Shown: piece after piece, positions 36,570-50,106 of the stretch
How positions within the stretch are numbered: the first letter of the stretch is position 1
Layout: each line of letters starts with the position of its first letter
NCBI RefSeq assembly: GCF_036321535.1
Contig: NC_087436.1
Span: 80,974,001-81,038,000 of the forward strand
DNA from: Camelus dromedarius
Taxonomy: Eukaryota
Direction of reading: 5' to 3'
DNA length: 64,000 nucleotides
Position numbers and translations under genes: made by a program
Notes under the pieces: generated by a model
Database searches by the model: none
What the model was told of the DNA's origin: nothing
Seen by the model: only the letters and a program-made list of their open reading frames with translations

Positions 36570-38490
36570 AAATCTTTTGGATTTAATTTCATTTTCTGAA
36601 TGGTAAATCTTTCACACAGTTTAAAAGTCAAAACTATGTAAAAAGGGACAAATTAAGATAGATATATGTGTATTATTCTTTTTTTGTTGCACAAAAGGTA
36701 TGGTATATACATCCTTTTATATCCTTTTTTCCCTCCATTTGATAATATATTCTGTAAATCACTCCATTAGAGGTTTCTAGAGCTCTTCCTTTTTTTTTCT
36801 TTTCTTTTCTTCTGGTTTTGTTTGTTTGTTTGTTTTTACAGCTTCATGTGATTTCATTGTGTTGTGGTATCAGAAGTTTTTTCAACAGCATTTAGGCTAT
36901 TTCCATATTTTATCTTACAAAGTTGCCATTCAACATAATTATGATTATTACTCTTTCTCAGGAAGCAATCAACAATTTTAGAAGTAAATCTTTAAGGTAA
37001 AATTCAAGGAATAATATTGCTTGGTCAAAAGGTAAATGCATATAGTTTATTAAAGATGTTGCCATATTCTTATCCATAGGGTTATAGAATGTTGCATTCT
37101 CACATCAGTATGTAACAACGTCTGTTTAGCATAGCCAACCCAGTCTGCTGTCAGACATGAACATTTTTGTCTATCTAGTATACATAATGTGAATTTCTCT
37201 TATTTTGGAAATTCCATCTTTCCTTGTTTTTGTGAGCCAGGAAATTTTCATATCATTTTTGGATAAACTTCATATTTTTGTATATCTTTTTTTCTATTGG
37301 GATTTCAGTTTTTTCATTCCTAAATATCTAAGAGCTTTTATATATTTAAGTAATAAATTAAGGATTTAGTCTTTGTGATACACATTGCAAATATTTTCTC
37401 TGTCATTCGTCTTTTGACTTTGCTTTTTAAAAGTCATGCAGAAGATTTTCTCTCTTAATTTTATATTATTTGATTTGTCAAACTTTGAGTTTGGATTTTA
37501 AATAATAATTAGAAAGGTTTTCTCTATACCTATGTCATCTTCTAGTATGTGTATAGCTTCATTTTTTGTTGTTGTTGTTTTTTGTTTGTTTTGTTTTGAC
37601 ATTTAGATACCTAATTCACTTGGAGTTTATTCTGGTATATGGTGTAAGGTAGAATCCACTTTTATGTTTTTCTAAATGGCTAATCCATTTTCCCCAACCT
37701 CAGTTTTTAAGAAGTCCATTCTTTTCTCCAGTGATTTGAGATGACACTTTTATCATGTAACGAGTTTCCAATAGTACTTGGGTCCATTTCTGAGTTTTTC
37801 TCTTCTGTTCTGCTGGTCTGTGTGTCTGTGTGTCAGCCAGGACTTCACTGTTTAGCCATAGAAGCTTCATAATATATTTCAGCCTGCATATTTAGCAGGT
37901 TCAGCTCATCCACCACCAATGTATTTGACTTAATAAAAAATAATTTCCTTCACCTATTCCTTATTTTTGGACAACTAGGATTTTTCTTTCAGCTTTAACA
38001 AGAAATATCATTATCATGTTATCTTTGCCCATATAACTTTTCCAAATATACAATTGTGGGCATTTTCATGACTCCTTGTGCAGAATGCCAAATTGCTTTC
38101 TAAAATAGAATAACCATTACACAACCGTCACAAAATTTAAAACTTTTTTAAATTAAAAAACGTTTTTAAGTTATCACATTAATCACTAAAAGGCTATTAA
38201 TTTGCATTTCTTAGATTTTTAAAAAAGTTAAACATTTTCCCATATGTTTATTTTTTTCTTTCATGACTTGCTTTTCATCTTTCCTTTTACTTCAGTGTTT
38301 TCCTATTGATTTATATGGACTTGCTTATAAAGATATTAATCCTTCATCAATCATACTTACTACAATGCTTGCCCAGTTTATAAATTTGTAATGTTATTTG
38401 TATTTTGTCAGGCTGATATTTAAAATTTTAGGTTGAAAAACTGTGACTCTTTACTTTTATTATTCCATTAGTCATTTCTAAAATCATTTT
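36570..38490 (-). mobile_element. Ancient L1ME-type fragments (3' UTR and ORF2 end)
   Basis: GGTCAAAAGGTAAATGCATAT, TTGCAAATATTTTCTC, TGGTATATGGTGTAAGGTAG, CCAGTGATTTGAGATGACAC, TTAATTTGCATTTCTT. Confidence 0.7.
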
Positions 38491-40532
38491 TCATTCATAG
38501 GGCTGATAAGTGCTTATAATTTTAAATGAATATATAATATTTATCCAAAGTATGAGAATAATATTAACTTGCATAGTGATTTTCTTCCCTGGACTAATGT
38601 AGGTTTCAAGCAGAAGGCAGAAGCAATATTAGAGGCAGGAACTCTGACAGCTTTAAGACGTGACATCTGATGAAAGGACAAAAGACTTTCTAAAAATATC
38701 ACAGAGAAATCCTCAAAATTATAGCAATCTAAGTCCATTGAAAGTAGAGGAAAGAGAACTTAAAGTGCTCTAAACTGATGCTCATAATGTGACGCAGTTA
38801 TAAAAATATTAAATGATGCTTAGGATATCAAGGAGAAAAAGCAAAGAAATATGTTGGATGTTTTTAGAGGTATTTCTAACTCAAATAATTAAAAAAAAAA
38901 TACTTAGCAGTATAAAATCCTTAGCTAACCAGGAAAATTGGGTGTGAAGAATGACTTGTTTCCAGGGGTACCAGTTAGATGACATTTTATAAAAGTTATA
39001 TGTTGTCTCTTTTATATGGCTTCCTGGTTTCTAAACATCTTTGGAACAATGATCTTGATTTATTCCTCAGTCCCGTTTAATGACACATATTAATAGGCAC
39101 TGAATGCCAACAGAATGCCATTTCTCTATATACTTATTTTTTTAACCCACTTCCACTTTCCCAGGGAGGGAACAAAAGCTTAGAGAGGTTATGCCCATTA
39201 CCCAAGGCTGATTTTGAACCCAGTGCTGTCTGATTCTCCTGCATGACTAATCCCTTTCTCATGATACCTGGCACAGTGTCCTTCCTAGACTGGGTTCACT
39301 GTTTTCCAAGTAAATCAGAAAGTTAATTATTTTAAATTATTAGTTATTATTAATGAGATTGGGACTGGGTGACATGGCTTCCAATTTTGTTGAAGAAGCA
39401 AAACACACATGAAACAAGGTCTCAATCAAATTTTAATTTACAGTCCGTTATTTTAGTTGCCTTTCTCAGAGCAACTGAGTCAGCCCAGAAGCCTTTCTAA
39501 AGCAGCAACTAGATTCTTGTAGGATCTGAGTGTATTTGTCTTTGGGGGAATAGCATTCTCGTCAGCTAACTCTAGGATCAAGGCGCTATATAGTCGCATG
39601 TGATGTGGTCCTTCATCCTTTCCTCCACTGAATTCTTCATTGGCACTGGTCATCTCTTAGTCTTGTTGATTATAAGAGAGAAATGAAGAAATGAAAGATT
39701 GCGCTTTGTCTGTCTTCAGAGCCCTCCCTGTCTGTGGTTTGCTGTCAAATGTTCCCCTACATCATTTTCTACATTCCATCTTGCAAAAATGTTTTTGTGG
39801 AGATGATGGCTTTTTCAAGTCACTTTTATACTTTTTCTATCCATTTAAGTGCTGTCTCCCCCACCCCTTTTTTAAACTTTGGTGAGATATGGCATCATAT
39901 TTTATGAGAATTTAATAACATGCTTACCTGATAAGATGAAGCTGTTTGCACACCCTTCCTTTATACTTGATGAATTATTGCTTCAGAAACATCATTGGCC
40001 TTCTTTCTTAACATAAACCAGCGAAACAAGACAAATAGTATATTAAATGGGGGTTTAATTTCCAATTCAGTATAGGAAAACATATTATGATTTATGCAGT
40101 TTGGTGATCCAAAAGGTGAAAATGTTGTTGGAGACTTTTCAAATGACCCATAAATCTGAGTCACTAGGTGATGGAGGAGAGATGGGGATAAGTCACTGGA
40201 GGCATTGATGGATTTCTTAGATTGCAGTGCCATTTTCTCAGAAAATACAGCAAATTCCAAAACTTAGCTACATTATCCATCTCTTTTGAGGTCCCTTAAC
40301 AAAGAGGGTGAGCACAAGTGAAGTTCCCTCTGAGAGTGCCAGTTCTGTCACAAAGCCTTCAATCATGCTTAACAGAGTACCTAGAACACAATAGATTCTC
40401 AATCAGTAACACATATTTGGAAATGTAGACGAGAATAGAGGGAATGGAGATTTACTATTTTTCCACATCTTATGTTCTAATTTATGCTTAAATGCCCCTT
40501 GTCTTTTATCTATAAGATACTGAACTCATCTA

Positions 40533-40545
40533 GGTCACCTTGACC
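40533..40545. promoter_or_regulatory. Consensus palindromic oestrogen response element (GGTCA-cct-TGACC)
   Basis: Exact match to GGTCAnnnTGACC within AGGTCACCTTGACCC. Motif only; function untested. Confidence 0.5.
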
Positions 40546-42394
40546 CATACAGTGCCCAGTTCTGACCCCTACAGTATTGCTTCAGAGGATAATCAATTGA
40601 ATATGTAAAATGCTTGGTGCAGGAAATCTTGAGGATGCAGACATGATTGTCATTGATTGGACGTGGATGGGCAAATATGAGGAAAAGGGAATATTAGACA
40701 AGGTTAATGATTTGATCAATGAAGTTGGCAAGAATGTGTGGTGTATTCAGTGAACACTCAAGTAGATGACAATTACTCAAGTAGAGAGTATGTTGGAGGA
40801 GTGGGGAAAAGATTAGAGAAGGATTTGAGGGCAGAAAAGTTGGTAAAGAAAAACTATGCCAAATTACAGTTTATATGTTATTTGATTATAGCATGCCTAC
40901 TTCAGTGGTTTTTTTTCCCAAGCCCTTTAACCATAGCCTGAAAACACTGACTCTCAAAAGGCAATCTGTTTCACTCATAAGCAACAATGCTGTGATTCCG
41001 TTTTCTTGGCTGTCTTTCTGCTCATCAATTCACCACCCCCCTTTGGAGGCTTTGACTATTGTTGCGACAAAGCTTGAAAGTTACATAGTGAGAAAGCAGT
41101 GCCAGGTAGTGGAGGGCAAGGTGCTGCCAGACGGTCTTAAGAACAGCTTGGAATGGTAGCTTGTATGTTATATACAACGTTCCCCCGTTTTACTGTCTCC
41201 ATCCAGACATACACACACTCATGCACAACCACCCTCTAGTTCACATCCGCCTATGCTCATCTCCAAGGCAACACAGGCAGCCCTCCAACTGGGAGCCTTG
41301 CAACAACACCGCACATCATCCTCAGACGGGATGTTCCTCTCTGTGACACTTGGAACCTTTGGCTCACTCCTTCCCCTCTTTTAGCATCTCCTCTTCCTAG
41401 AAGCTGATCCTAGTGCACATCTAGTCAGTTTTAAAACTGCTCCTGATGTTCATTTAACTGATTTAACTGTTTAAAATGCTCTTAGTCTGTAGTTTTCATG
41501 GGTCTCACAAGAAACTCCCCAGGAACTATTTCACTGCACCCCATTTGAGAGGCTAATATAGTTTTCTTTCATTACTGACAATCAAGGACACTAACCAAAG
41601 TTAACGGCAAGCTGCTGTATTAAAAAGAAATAGTTTGTATCAGAACGTTAACGAAAAACCTAAAGCTATCAGGTTATTAAGTTCTCATTCTTTAATTCAT
41701 TGAAATGTTTGATGCCTGTCTCATAGAATTTTCTGAGAAGTTTAAAGAAAAGAAGAAACAATCTGTATCTTAATGTACAGCCTTCCTGCTTTTCAATTCA
41801 GTTTTTATTTCTAGAAAAATACACCTTGTATGAATTGTTCTGACAAGAATTCAATTAAAACTTCATAGAATGAATAGAAAAATGCTAGAGCATTTGTTTT
41901 GTTAGTACCTGAATATAGGCTAAGCTTGGAAAAGAAAATTAGTTAATGGAACTTTGATTTATTCAAGAGCATCATAAAGATTAATACACTTTAAATGGCA
42001 CATTAATAAAACGAGCATAAATTTCATCTAGCTCAACCCCACATTTCAGAGTTTTTTGTTTTGTTTTGTTTTTGTTTTTTGATTCAAGAGATAAACTCAG
42101 CTGATGAAACACCAGAATAGCAAATACCTTGCTTGCTATAAATCATTGCTTTCACAACACACATTCCATAATATTGGATAATTTTAAGTATTGGTGTGGC
42201 ATTAGTAGTGTTAGTGATAGTCCTAGAAGTGGAATCAGCCCCAGCAGAACTGAAGGTCATGGCGATGATACACACAATGTGTTGTTATTACTGCTTACTT
42301 ATTCCTCCTTGTTCCCCCCTTTCTCTCTCCCCTCACCATTTATTCACATTCTTGTTTGGTCAGGTACTGGTCCGGGTATAGACTATTTGTAGAC

Positions 42395-42565
42395 ATCACA
42401 ACAACTTAGCTAGGTAGGTGGTGCTAGCCCCACTTTGCGGGAGTGGGGACCAGCTCAGAGAGCTTAAGTGATGTGCCTAAGGTCTTACAGCTCATAACTT
42501 GGCAAAGCTGGGATTTGAACTCAGATACCTGGCTCCAAAACTCTTGCCTGTTTTAGCATACAGTG
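42395..42565 (-). mobile_element. MIR SINE
   Basis: GCTCAGAGAGCTTAAGTGATGTGCCTAAGGTC...GGCAAAGCTGGGATTTGAACTCAG...CTGGCTCCAAA. Confidence 0.8.
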
Positions 42566-43844
42566 CTGTCATGTGATCCTCTCTCAGTTTATCCACAAGA
42601 TACAAAATAAGGGAATTGTACAATCACATGATTTTCTTTTTCCTTTGGGGCCAGCATAGAGGTGAGTAGAACTATCATGTCTCACTTTGTCTTGATTTGC
42701 CTTTTCCCCTGCTTATTCAAATGATTGGCTGCTTTTTATAGCTTTCTGTCTGATATGTGTATGTAAATAGCCTGATAGTCACATGACCACATGCCAGATG
42801 GGCTGGTCATTTGGCCCTTTGGTGGCTGACACACATCCAGGTGGCTCTGCCGGTCTTTGACGTGGTGGAATGGTATCTGATGTATTCAGATAATGTTAGC
42901 TATTTAGGACTGAGAACAAAGGCCTCTACATAAATGGAGACCACATTCTTTTCTCAGACAGTAAGGAAGTCCTCCACTATTTAAGGATGCTTATTACATG
43001 TCAGATACTTTCCCACGTGTCATCTAATTTCACCGTTAACGCTAAGATGAAAATAATTTATTAAGTCACATTTTCTTTTCAGGAGAACTAAAGTACTTAA
43101 AGTATCATATGTGTCTCCTGGATTTCCCTTTTTAAAAAGCAACCTACAATTATAGCTTGCAAGCATGTGTGCCCAGAGCACCTCCTCATTTCCAACCAGT
43201 GCTATGGTCTCAGAGAACCTAAACCAATTTCAGACCTGACTTAATCAAAGTCTGATTCGACTAGCAGCTCTGGGGGAGATAAACAGATGCAGTTCTCAAA
43301 CAAATATAAATGCTTGTTATTTGTGCCACTGACAGCCTCATTAACATGGACGAGACGTTTCCTGATGACACTGAACATCATTTATTCTTTTCCTTTCTTC
43401 TTTGTAACTAATAATGCAGTGGTGGACAAGACTACCAGTTGAGTCACTAATTGCCCAGTAGCTGCTGTATGAGAATGCTGAGGGTCTTTCCAGACTGCAT
43501 GCACTATTGGGACTCAGGATTCTTGCTTCATGTACCTGCTAGGTGCTTGGGTTCTCATAAACACCCTCTGTGAGAGTCACTGAGCTCATGAACGCGACGC
43601 GACGCCCCTCTCCTCACCATGCAGTATAGTAATAAAGTGAAGACTGGGAATCAAGTATAGTATCTCCAGTAGCCGTTGTCTTGACCACTGTCAGTAGTAT
43701 TCTGATTTAGAACTTGTGAGGACTGTGGGTCAGTGCTGCTGGCATGATTTGCCTTTGAAGTGGTGACATTTTCAAAGCAAACCAAAACTGAAGTATTATT
43801 TCCTATCTATCTAGTCTAACAGATTGTCTCTCTTTGTCTTTCAG

Positions 43845-43913
43845 AATTCCAAAATGACTTCATAAAAACTAAATACAAAACAACTCAGAAACACTTTTCT
43901 CCCTACCTTAAGG
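43845..43913 (+). other. Candidate 69-nt internal exon
   Basis: Branch-point-like CTAAC (43816-43820), pyrimidine tract TTGTCTCTCTTTGTCTTTCAG, donor AGG|GTAAAT. Confidence 0.35.
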
Positions 43914-44834
43914 GTAAATGGTGAGGAAATGTCATAATTATAAAATTTTTACACTTTGTCAGCCAAAGATAATTGTATAATTTGGAACAATTTGAAGGCA
44001 TGAAAGTTGCAAATGTTATTTCAGGCCCCTTTAGCAGGTTTAAAGGAGCATGTTAAACTTCTAAATGGAATTATCACTCAGAATATGTAAAGGTAGTTAG
44101 AAATTGTGGTCACTTAGCTTACAAATAAATGCCTTATAGATGAGCTGGCAGGAAGAAAGGTTATTTTCCTCCTCTTTGGAGGTTTCTTGGTAAAAAGAAA
44201 ATGAGATAAAGTATTTAAAATTTTTCATTTTATCGACTTTCTTACATTAGAATTAAAATTTTGCAAGAAACAAGCATATTAATGAATACGTATTTTTGGA
44301 CCCTAAATAACCTGTGCTCTTGACATGGTTATACTGTGATGGGATTAATTCTTATATAGACTGGTGATTTTCATATAGACGTGGTGGTGAACACAATTCT
44401 GTGCCCATGATTTTACATTTGTGTATCTAGCTAGTCTTTTGGAGATTGGATAGTTTATTAGTTGTTACTCATGGGCTCACTTGAAGGTAACAGTATTCTC
44501 TCCAGGTAGTACAGGTTGGCAAAGTGTGGTTCATCCATGCCAGACTTATCTGGAGAACTTTGCTGCAGAATCCTGACACTTCCCTCCCTGCTCCATTTTG
44601 GACCATTGAGTTAGAATCTTAAGGTGGGCTACATTTTAATCAAATTCTTGGGTAGTCTTAAGCATTTGATATTTAATAACCATATAACTTGGCATAACTG
44701 TTACTCTTTGATGCATAAGATTTTAACCATTTAATGGACAGAGGTTTAATTTAGTTAGAATTTTTATCACAAAACTGTAGAGTTAATCCTAACAGTAGCT
44801 ATCACATACTGAAAATATGAACATGAAATGATGT

Positions 44835-45005
44835 CCTATGGCCATTCACGATCTGCAGTTATCACAACAGCCCCGTGTGGTGGATGGTATTATTCCCATT
44901 TTACAGATAGGAGACAGGTTAGAAAGGCTAAGTAACTTGAATATGGCCACACTACAGTAAGAGATGGCACTATGAATTCAATCCAAATATGGCTTAGTCC
45001 AAAGG
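44835..45005 (-). mobile_element. MIR SINE
   Basis: TATTATTCCCATTTTACAGATAGGAGACAGG...AGGCTAAGTAACTTG. Confidence 0.8.
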
Positions 45006-45058
45006 CTGTCTTGGAATCACCACGGTAGAGTGCCCATTTATGAATTTGCAGCAATGCA

Positions 45059-45242
45059 CAGGGCCACCACTAGTTCACGTGGTACTTTCATATGAAGTAG
45101 AAAAAAGTCTCTTTATCCTTCAGAAAGATGCAGCTCATGCTGGGCGCATGAGCCTAACATGAGGTAGATTTCACCTCTTCCCTCTCTCCCCATCAGGCGT
45201 CCTTGTGCAGTAAGCAACGTGAATCACTGTAGGTGGTGGCTG
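45059..45242 (-). mobile_element. hAT-Tip100 MITE (MER91-like)
   Basis: Termini CAGGGCCACCAC / GGTGGTGGCTG; internal GGCGTCCTTGTGCAGT..GCAAC resembles the MER91 end. Confidence 0.55.
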
Positions 45243-48200
45243 AGATGATGCTTTTAGGGAGACAATTCTGAGGCTGTATACTATAGACCCGATGTCTTAT
45301 AAACACACACACCAAAAAAACACATCAGCAGACTAAAATCCCACAAATGTGACAGGATGAAGAGAGGGGAAAGTGAGGAGATGGCTTATTGATTACCCAA
45401 CTCTGCTGATTTATTTTGATTGCCTTTGGGGTTCTTGTGAAACGGAGTGGCTTTACATTCCTGTGTTGCTGATAGAGGCTACCTATGTGAGATCTTAACC
45501 TTCTAGCTCCAGTGCAGCGTAATTTGATTTGGTTTCATCTTCTTCTACATTGTACCTGCTATTTTATTAATATCCAAATTACAGCATCTCTGATACCAAG
45601 CTGCAGTAGTGTTTATAAAATATTTAAGCTCTAATTGGACTTTCTCCTATAGCTATATTTTTTGTTAATAGTTTCACATGCCCATGTGTTATTAGCACTG
45701 AAAATGTAGCTCATGTTTTTGGCTCATGTTATGCATTTATGTACTTTTCACACCTCTTCTAAAGCCTACCTTCTAGGTATCTTACTGTATTTGATGCAAG
45801 CTTTCTTTATTCTCTGCACTAGGACTCATCTCAGCAAACCAGGAAAGGTTTTAACCATTCCGTTTAAAAAAATTAGTTTATACAGTTCTGATGAAATTTC
45901 TGAAAGAAAAAAAAAGTCAGCGTAAGAAGCCATTTTTTAGACAAAAACCATAGCTAAATCTTCAGAGCATACTTCTTTTTGAGCCAAGGATGTTCCATAA
46001 ATAAGCCATACTAGTTGTTGAGCACCTACTGTGTGTCCCAAGTTCTTTGCATGTTTTTAGCTCTTTAAATTTAAGTCAGTCTTTTGGAGATTGCTTTCCT
46101 GGGGAGTAGGTGATATACTGTGGTTGCTTCAGTACAGACTTGTCACCATTCCTGGAAAAAAGCATCCCAGCAAAGATTTCAGTCTTAGTGCATTGGCCAT
46201 GGACATCACCTACACAAGGAGCCATAACCGGCGTTCCCAGAGAGTTGTAGTGGATTCCCTGTGTTCCTGTCTTCTTAGGGAGTCACCCTTTTATTTTATT
46301 CTCATTCTTTTTGTTAGAAAAATAGAATCAGATTTTTGTAGGAGGCTCTATACTTCCGCAGGGTGCCTGCACTCAGAGGTGTAGGCTTTGAATCCCTTTG
46401 TTCCATTTCCTTCCTTTGAAATCAAGATTATGGACCTAATGGGTTCAGAGTTTGTATTGAACATGTATTGACGAACACAAGCTTGACTGGATAGGACATG
46501 AGATAATGTTTGAAAGTGTTTTTTTCCCCCACACCTCAATATACTGTCCTTAAAATCAGATTATGACTTAAAAAGTAGTTTCCTGGGAAAACCTTAATGA
46601 TTTTAAGTGTTGGATATTCATGGTATGGAGACTGTCTTGAAGCTGCTACTGAAGACCACAGGGGTCTGCCTGTGTGAAGAGAGAAGGACAGCTAACAGGA
46701 TCATTTTCCTGATGGTTACTATTTCAGAAATTCACCTGGATCTCTTTGTTAGGATTCTACGGGAGATTGCTTTAGGTAGCTACTGAAATTTTGAATGTAA
46801 ATACCACTTTAAATACTCCTAATGAATAAATATCAGTAATGAATTTATGAGTCTTTTATATAGAACGTATACATGAGGAAATGTATCCTCCCATCATCTT
46901 TAAAGATAAATAGCTCTCAGTTTATTTTTGTTAGACATATTTATGGAGCAATTCTACTGTATTGTGCTAATATTTCACTTTTAGGATTATTACCCATGAT
47001 CTGTACATTTGTTATGTAACTTATTTCCTAGGAGTTCAAGCAGCAATTTTATTCTGGAATCTTATTTCAGATTCACTCACTGCTTTGTCTATTAAATGTC
47101 AGCCAATTTCTGCACATTTGATTCTCTCAGGAGACGTGGCATAGATCGATGAGGTGTGTATATACACTCAGAGCACCAGAGAAAGGTGCGATAGAAATGC
47201 TAGTTTACATCAAGGTAGGAAAAGCTGAAGTGGAAATAGTGTCTTTTCTGAGGCTCTCTCTTATTAATAATTCACTGTAATTTAGAATATAAAGTAATTT
47301 TGCATTTTTTTTTACATTTAGTATGGCTCCAGCGTATTTTCACTACTACAAGCTTCCCTTGTAATTTCTGTTCAATTAGCAAACCCATTTGGGGCATTCA
47401 TTATGTGTCAAATGTTGCACTAGAGTACAATGTTTTTTGTTGTTGTTGCAAGCAGACCATTTTGCACCCCCTTTCAAGTTACAAGCCACAAAAGCTGAAG
47501 CCCTTCCTAGTATGTACACTCAAATTATGACAAGTAATTTTGTGTTAGAATTTTATCTATTTTACTGTGTGTGTGAATCAATATTATCTCTAAGGTTTGA
47601 AAACTTTACGGATGAAGACTAGTTCAGTAGCACCCACTCGCGGGGATATGTGACTGCTGTTACTAGATGGGGAATGACTATGTCAGAATATCTACAGTTG
47701 TAGATCATGTGCTAGCAATATGATTATATGGCATTTTTTTTTTAAGACAAATGAGGTACATTTTTTGCATAATTGTAATTTCTAAATTTCTACAACAATC
47801 CTATAGAACAGTTTTTATTTTCACAAAATAATCTTTAAGTCTTATTAAATAAACAGCGAATTATGATGAACAGGGCGTATTTCCTATTTGGGAATGCATG
47901 TTGATAATAAAAAGGCAAAATTAGAACTTTTGAGCCATAATATTTCCATAAAAGTGTTATGGATGTTCCGATATGGTAAGGCCATTTGCAGTCTGAGGAA
48001 GCCCCTCTTCTTCAGAATGTCTCCTCACTGCCAGTCTCACCCACTTAGAGACTTCTATTTTGCACATGGAAAATTTTGTGTGAGTGTTTTGAACTGTCTC
48101 ACTCGTCTCTTCTTTCACACCTGAGTTCTCTTCTTGTCCAAGGGAAGCCAACTTAATGCTTTTTTTGTACACTCATTCTTATACTGCTTCCAGGCATCAC

Positions 48201-48377
48201 TTTGAAATAGAAATACTCTCTCACAAACCTGCCAAGTATGTTTTTCTTTTAAATGACGCCTGAAATTTTACCTTGTGAACAAAATATTTTGATTTGATCA
48301 AAGAAGTGGATATGGATTTTTCTGCTGCTCAACATTGACAACAGACACCCAAATTCTTCCCCTGATTTTCTGAGACA

Positions 48378-49120
48378 GATATTCAATAAATTTGTTTAGT
48401 ACCTTTTATGTGCTAGGAACATAAACTAATCTGGAATGAGTTTCTCAAACACTGATAAAGGAGACGAGTGTATGAACAATAGGCTACAATTTGACACGGT
48501 CAGTGCTATAACAGCAGCCTATGTGGGAGGTGCATTATGAACAGAATGCCTGGCTCTGGGGGAGCTGAGGAGTAGACCTGTGCCAGAAAGAAAAGAGAGA
48601 GGAAGTCAGCAAAAGAAGGAACCAGTCTACGCAAAGGCAGAGAAGCATGAAAAAAGGTGTAGATTTGGGTCATATTGTGGCATACCCTGTATTCCACATT
48701 ATGACTGCTGGGTTTAAACAAGATAATACATGTAATATGGTTAATGCAGGGCTTTATACATAGAAGGCAAGAAAAAGTATTAGCTATCTGTGCCAAAAAT
48801 ACTATTGCTTATTTTTTAATATCAATAATCTAGTAAGAAGTCAGAAACCATTAAAGATTTTAAGCAGCAAAATAATTGAGTAGCTATGCTACACAAAAAT
48901 GGCTCTGACATCAGTGTAGAATATGGATTGGAGGGAGAAAGACTTGGAGGTAGAGTATCAGTTGGCAATTGTAACAATAATGCAGGCGAAGTGTAATTGG
49001 TTCTAATGACATGGGTTTGAGAATTAACCTCTCTTTGTTTACTCATCTGTAAGTGTCAGGATTATAGTAGCATCTAATTCATAGGGTTTTCATGAGGATT
49101 AACTGAGTTAATATTTTCAA
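48378..49120. mobile_element. L2 fragments (minus) with interleaved MIR pieces (plus)
   Basis: ATTCAATAAATTTGTTTAGTACC..TATGTGCTAGG and AACCATTAAAGATTTTAAGCAG (L2); CTCATCTGTAAGTG...CATAGGGTTTTCATGAGGATTAA (MIR). Confidence 0.6.
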
Positions 49121-49876
49121 AGCTGTCTCTATCTTTGATGGTGTTAAACAGACAACTATCAACTGAGTATTGCTCTAATTATAATCAACTGAAATGAACA
49201 GTTCTTAATTACTGCCTGTGCATAGATACAATCCATGTCCAATTACAACAATCTAGGACTCATGCATATGCAAAAGACATACAAGTTAATATTCTTCTAT
49301 CTGAGTTTTGTTTAACAAACACATGTACTAGCAAGGCACTGTTATAAGAGCTTTGATGTACGTAATAACACCTTGACTACCCTTCAGCTGATATCTTCAA
49401 TGAAGGCAAAATCCTTTTTGTGCATATATTGTAGTAGTTATTGTAGTATATCAGACATACAAATATTTTAAAGGTTATGTGCACAGAAAAATAAAATGAT
49501 TTTGTTGTTATCAAGTATTCCATTGGAACTCAAATTTATATCCAAGATGAGACCATGAGCAACACTGTTCTAGATGTACCAGTCATAAATGAAATTATAG
49601 ATTTTGGCAAGTACATTGTGATGCCTAATTTTGTGGCATGCTATTTCTATGTCTGATTAAATAAAGCACCTGTTTCTTTATAATTGAATTTTATTTAATT
49701 TTGGACTATGAAAAGAAAGACTTGCTTGACTTGGTCTCATCTCCTGCTTTTAGATATAAGATTATGGCTGATTGAGAATAAAATACTGGTGAAACCTGTC
49801 AGAGAACTGATTTGAATTCAGTTGGCCTGAAATCCTTTCAATCACTTTCTTTCATCATCATTTAGATATTCTAAAT

Positions 49877-50106
49877 CAGGGCTTCTCAACCTCAGAATCA
49901 TTGATTTTATTGGTCAGATAATTTTTTTGTTGTTGTGGGGGACTCACCTGCACATTGTGAGATGTTTAGCAGCACCCCTGGCCTCTATCCACTGGATACC
50001 AGTAGAATCCCCATCCTTCAGTTGTAACAACCAAAACTGCCTCCTGATGTTGCCAAATGTCTTCAGGGGAATTGGGGTGGTCACTGCCTCCAGTCAAGAA
50101 CAACTA
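49877..50106 (-). mobile_element. MER20 hAT MITE, full length
   Basis: CAGGGCTTCTCAACCTCAG...GATGTTTAGCAGCACCCCTGGCCTCTATCCACT...ACAACCAAAA...TTGCCAAATGTC. Perfect 8-bp TSD TTCTAAAT at 49869-49876 and 50107-50114. Confidence 0.92.

Noticed and set aside
44490..44512. Recursive-splice-like YAG|GT sites (also near 13375 and 32203)
   Set aside because: The reconstituted donors (GTAGTA, GTTAAT, GTTAGG) are weak and the pyrimidine tracts short.
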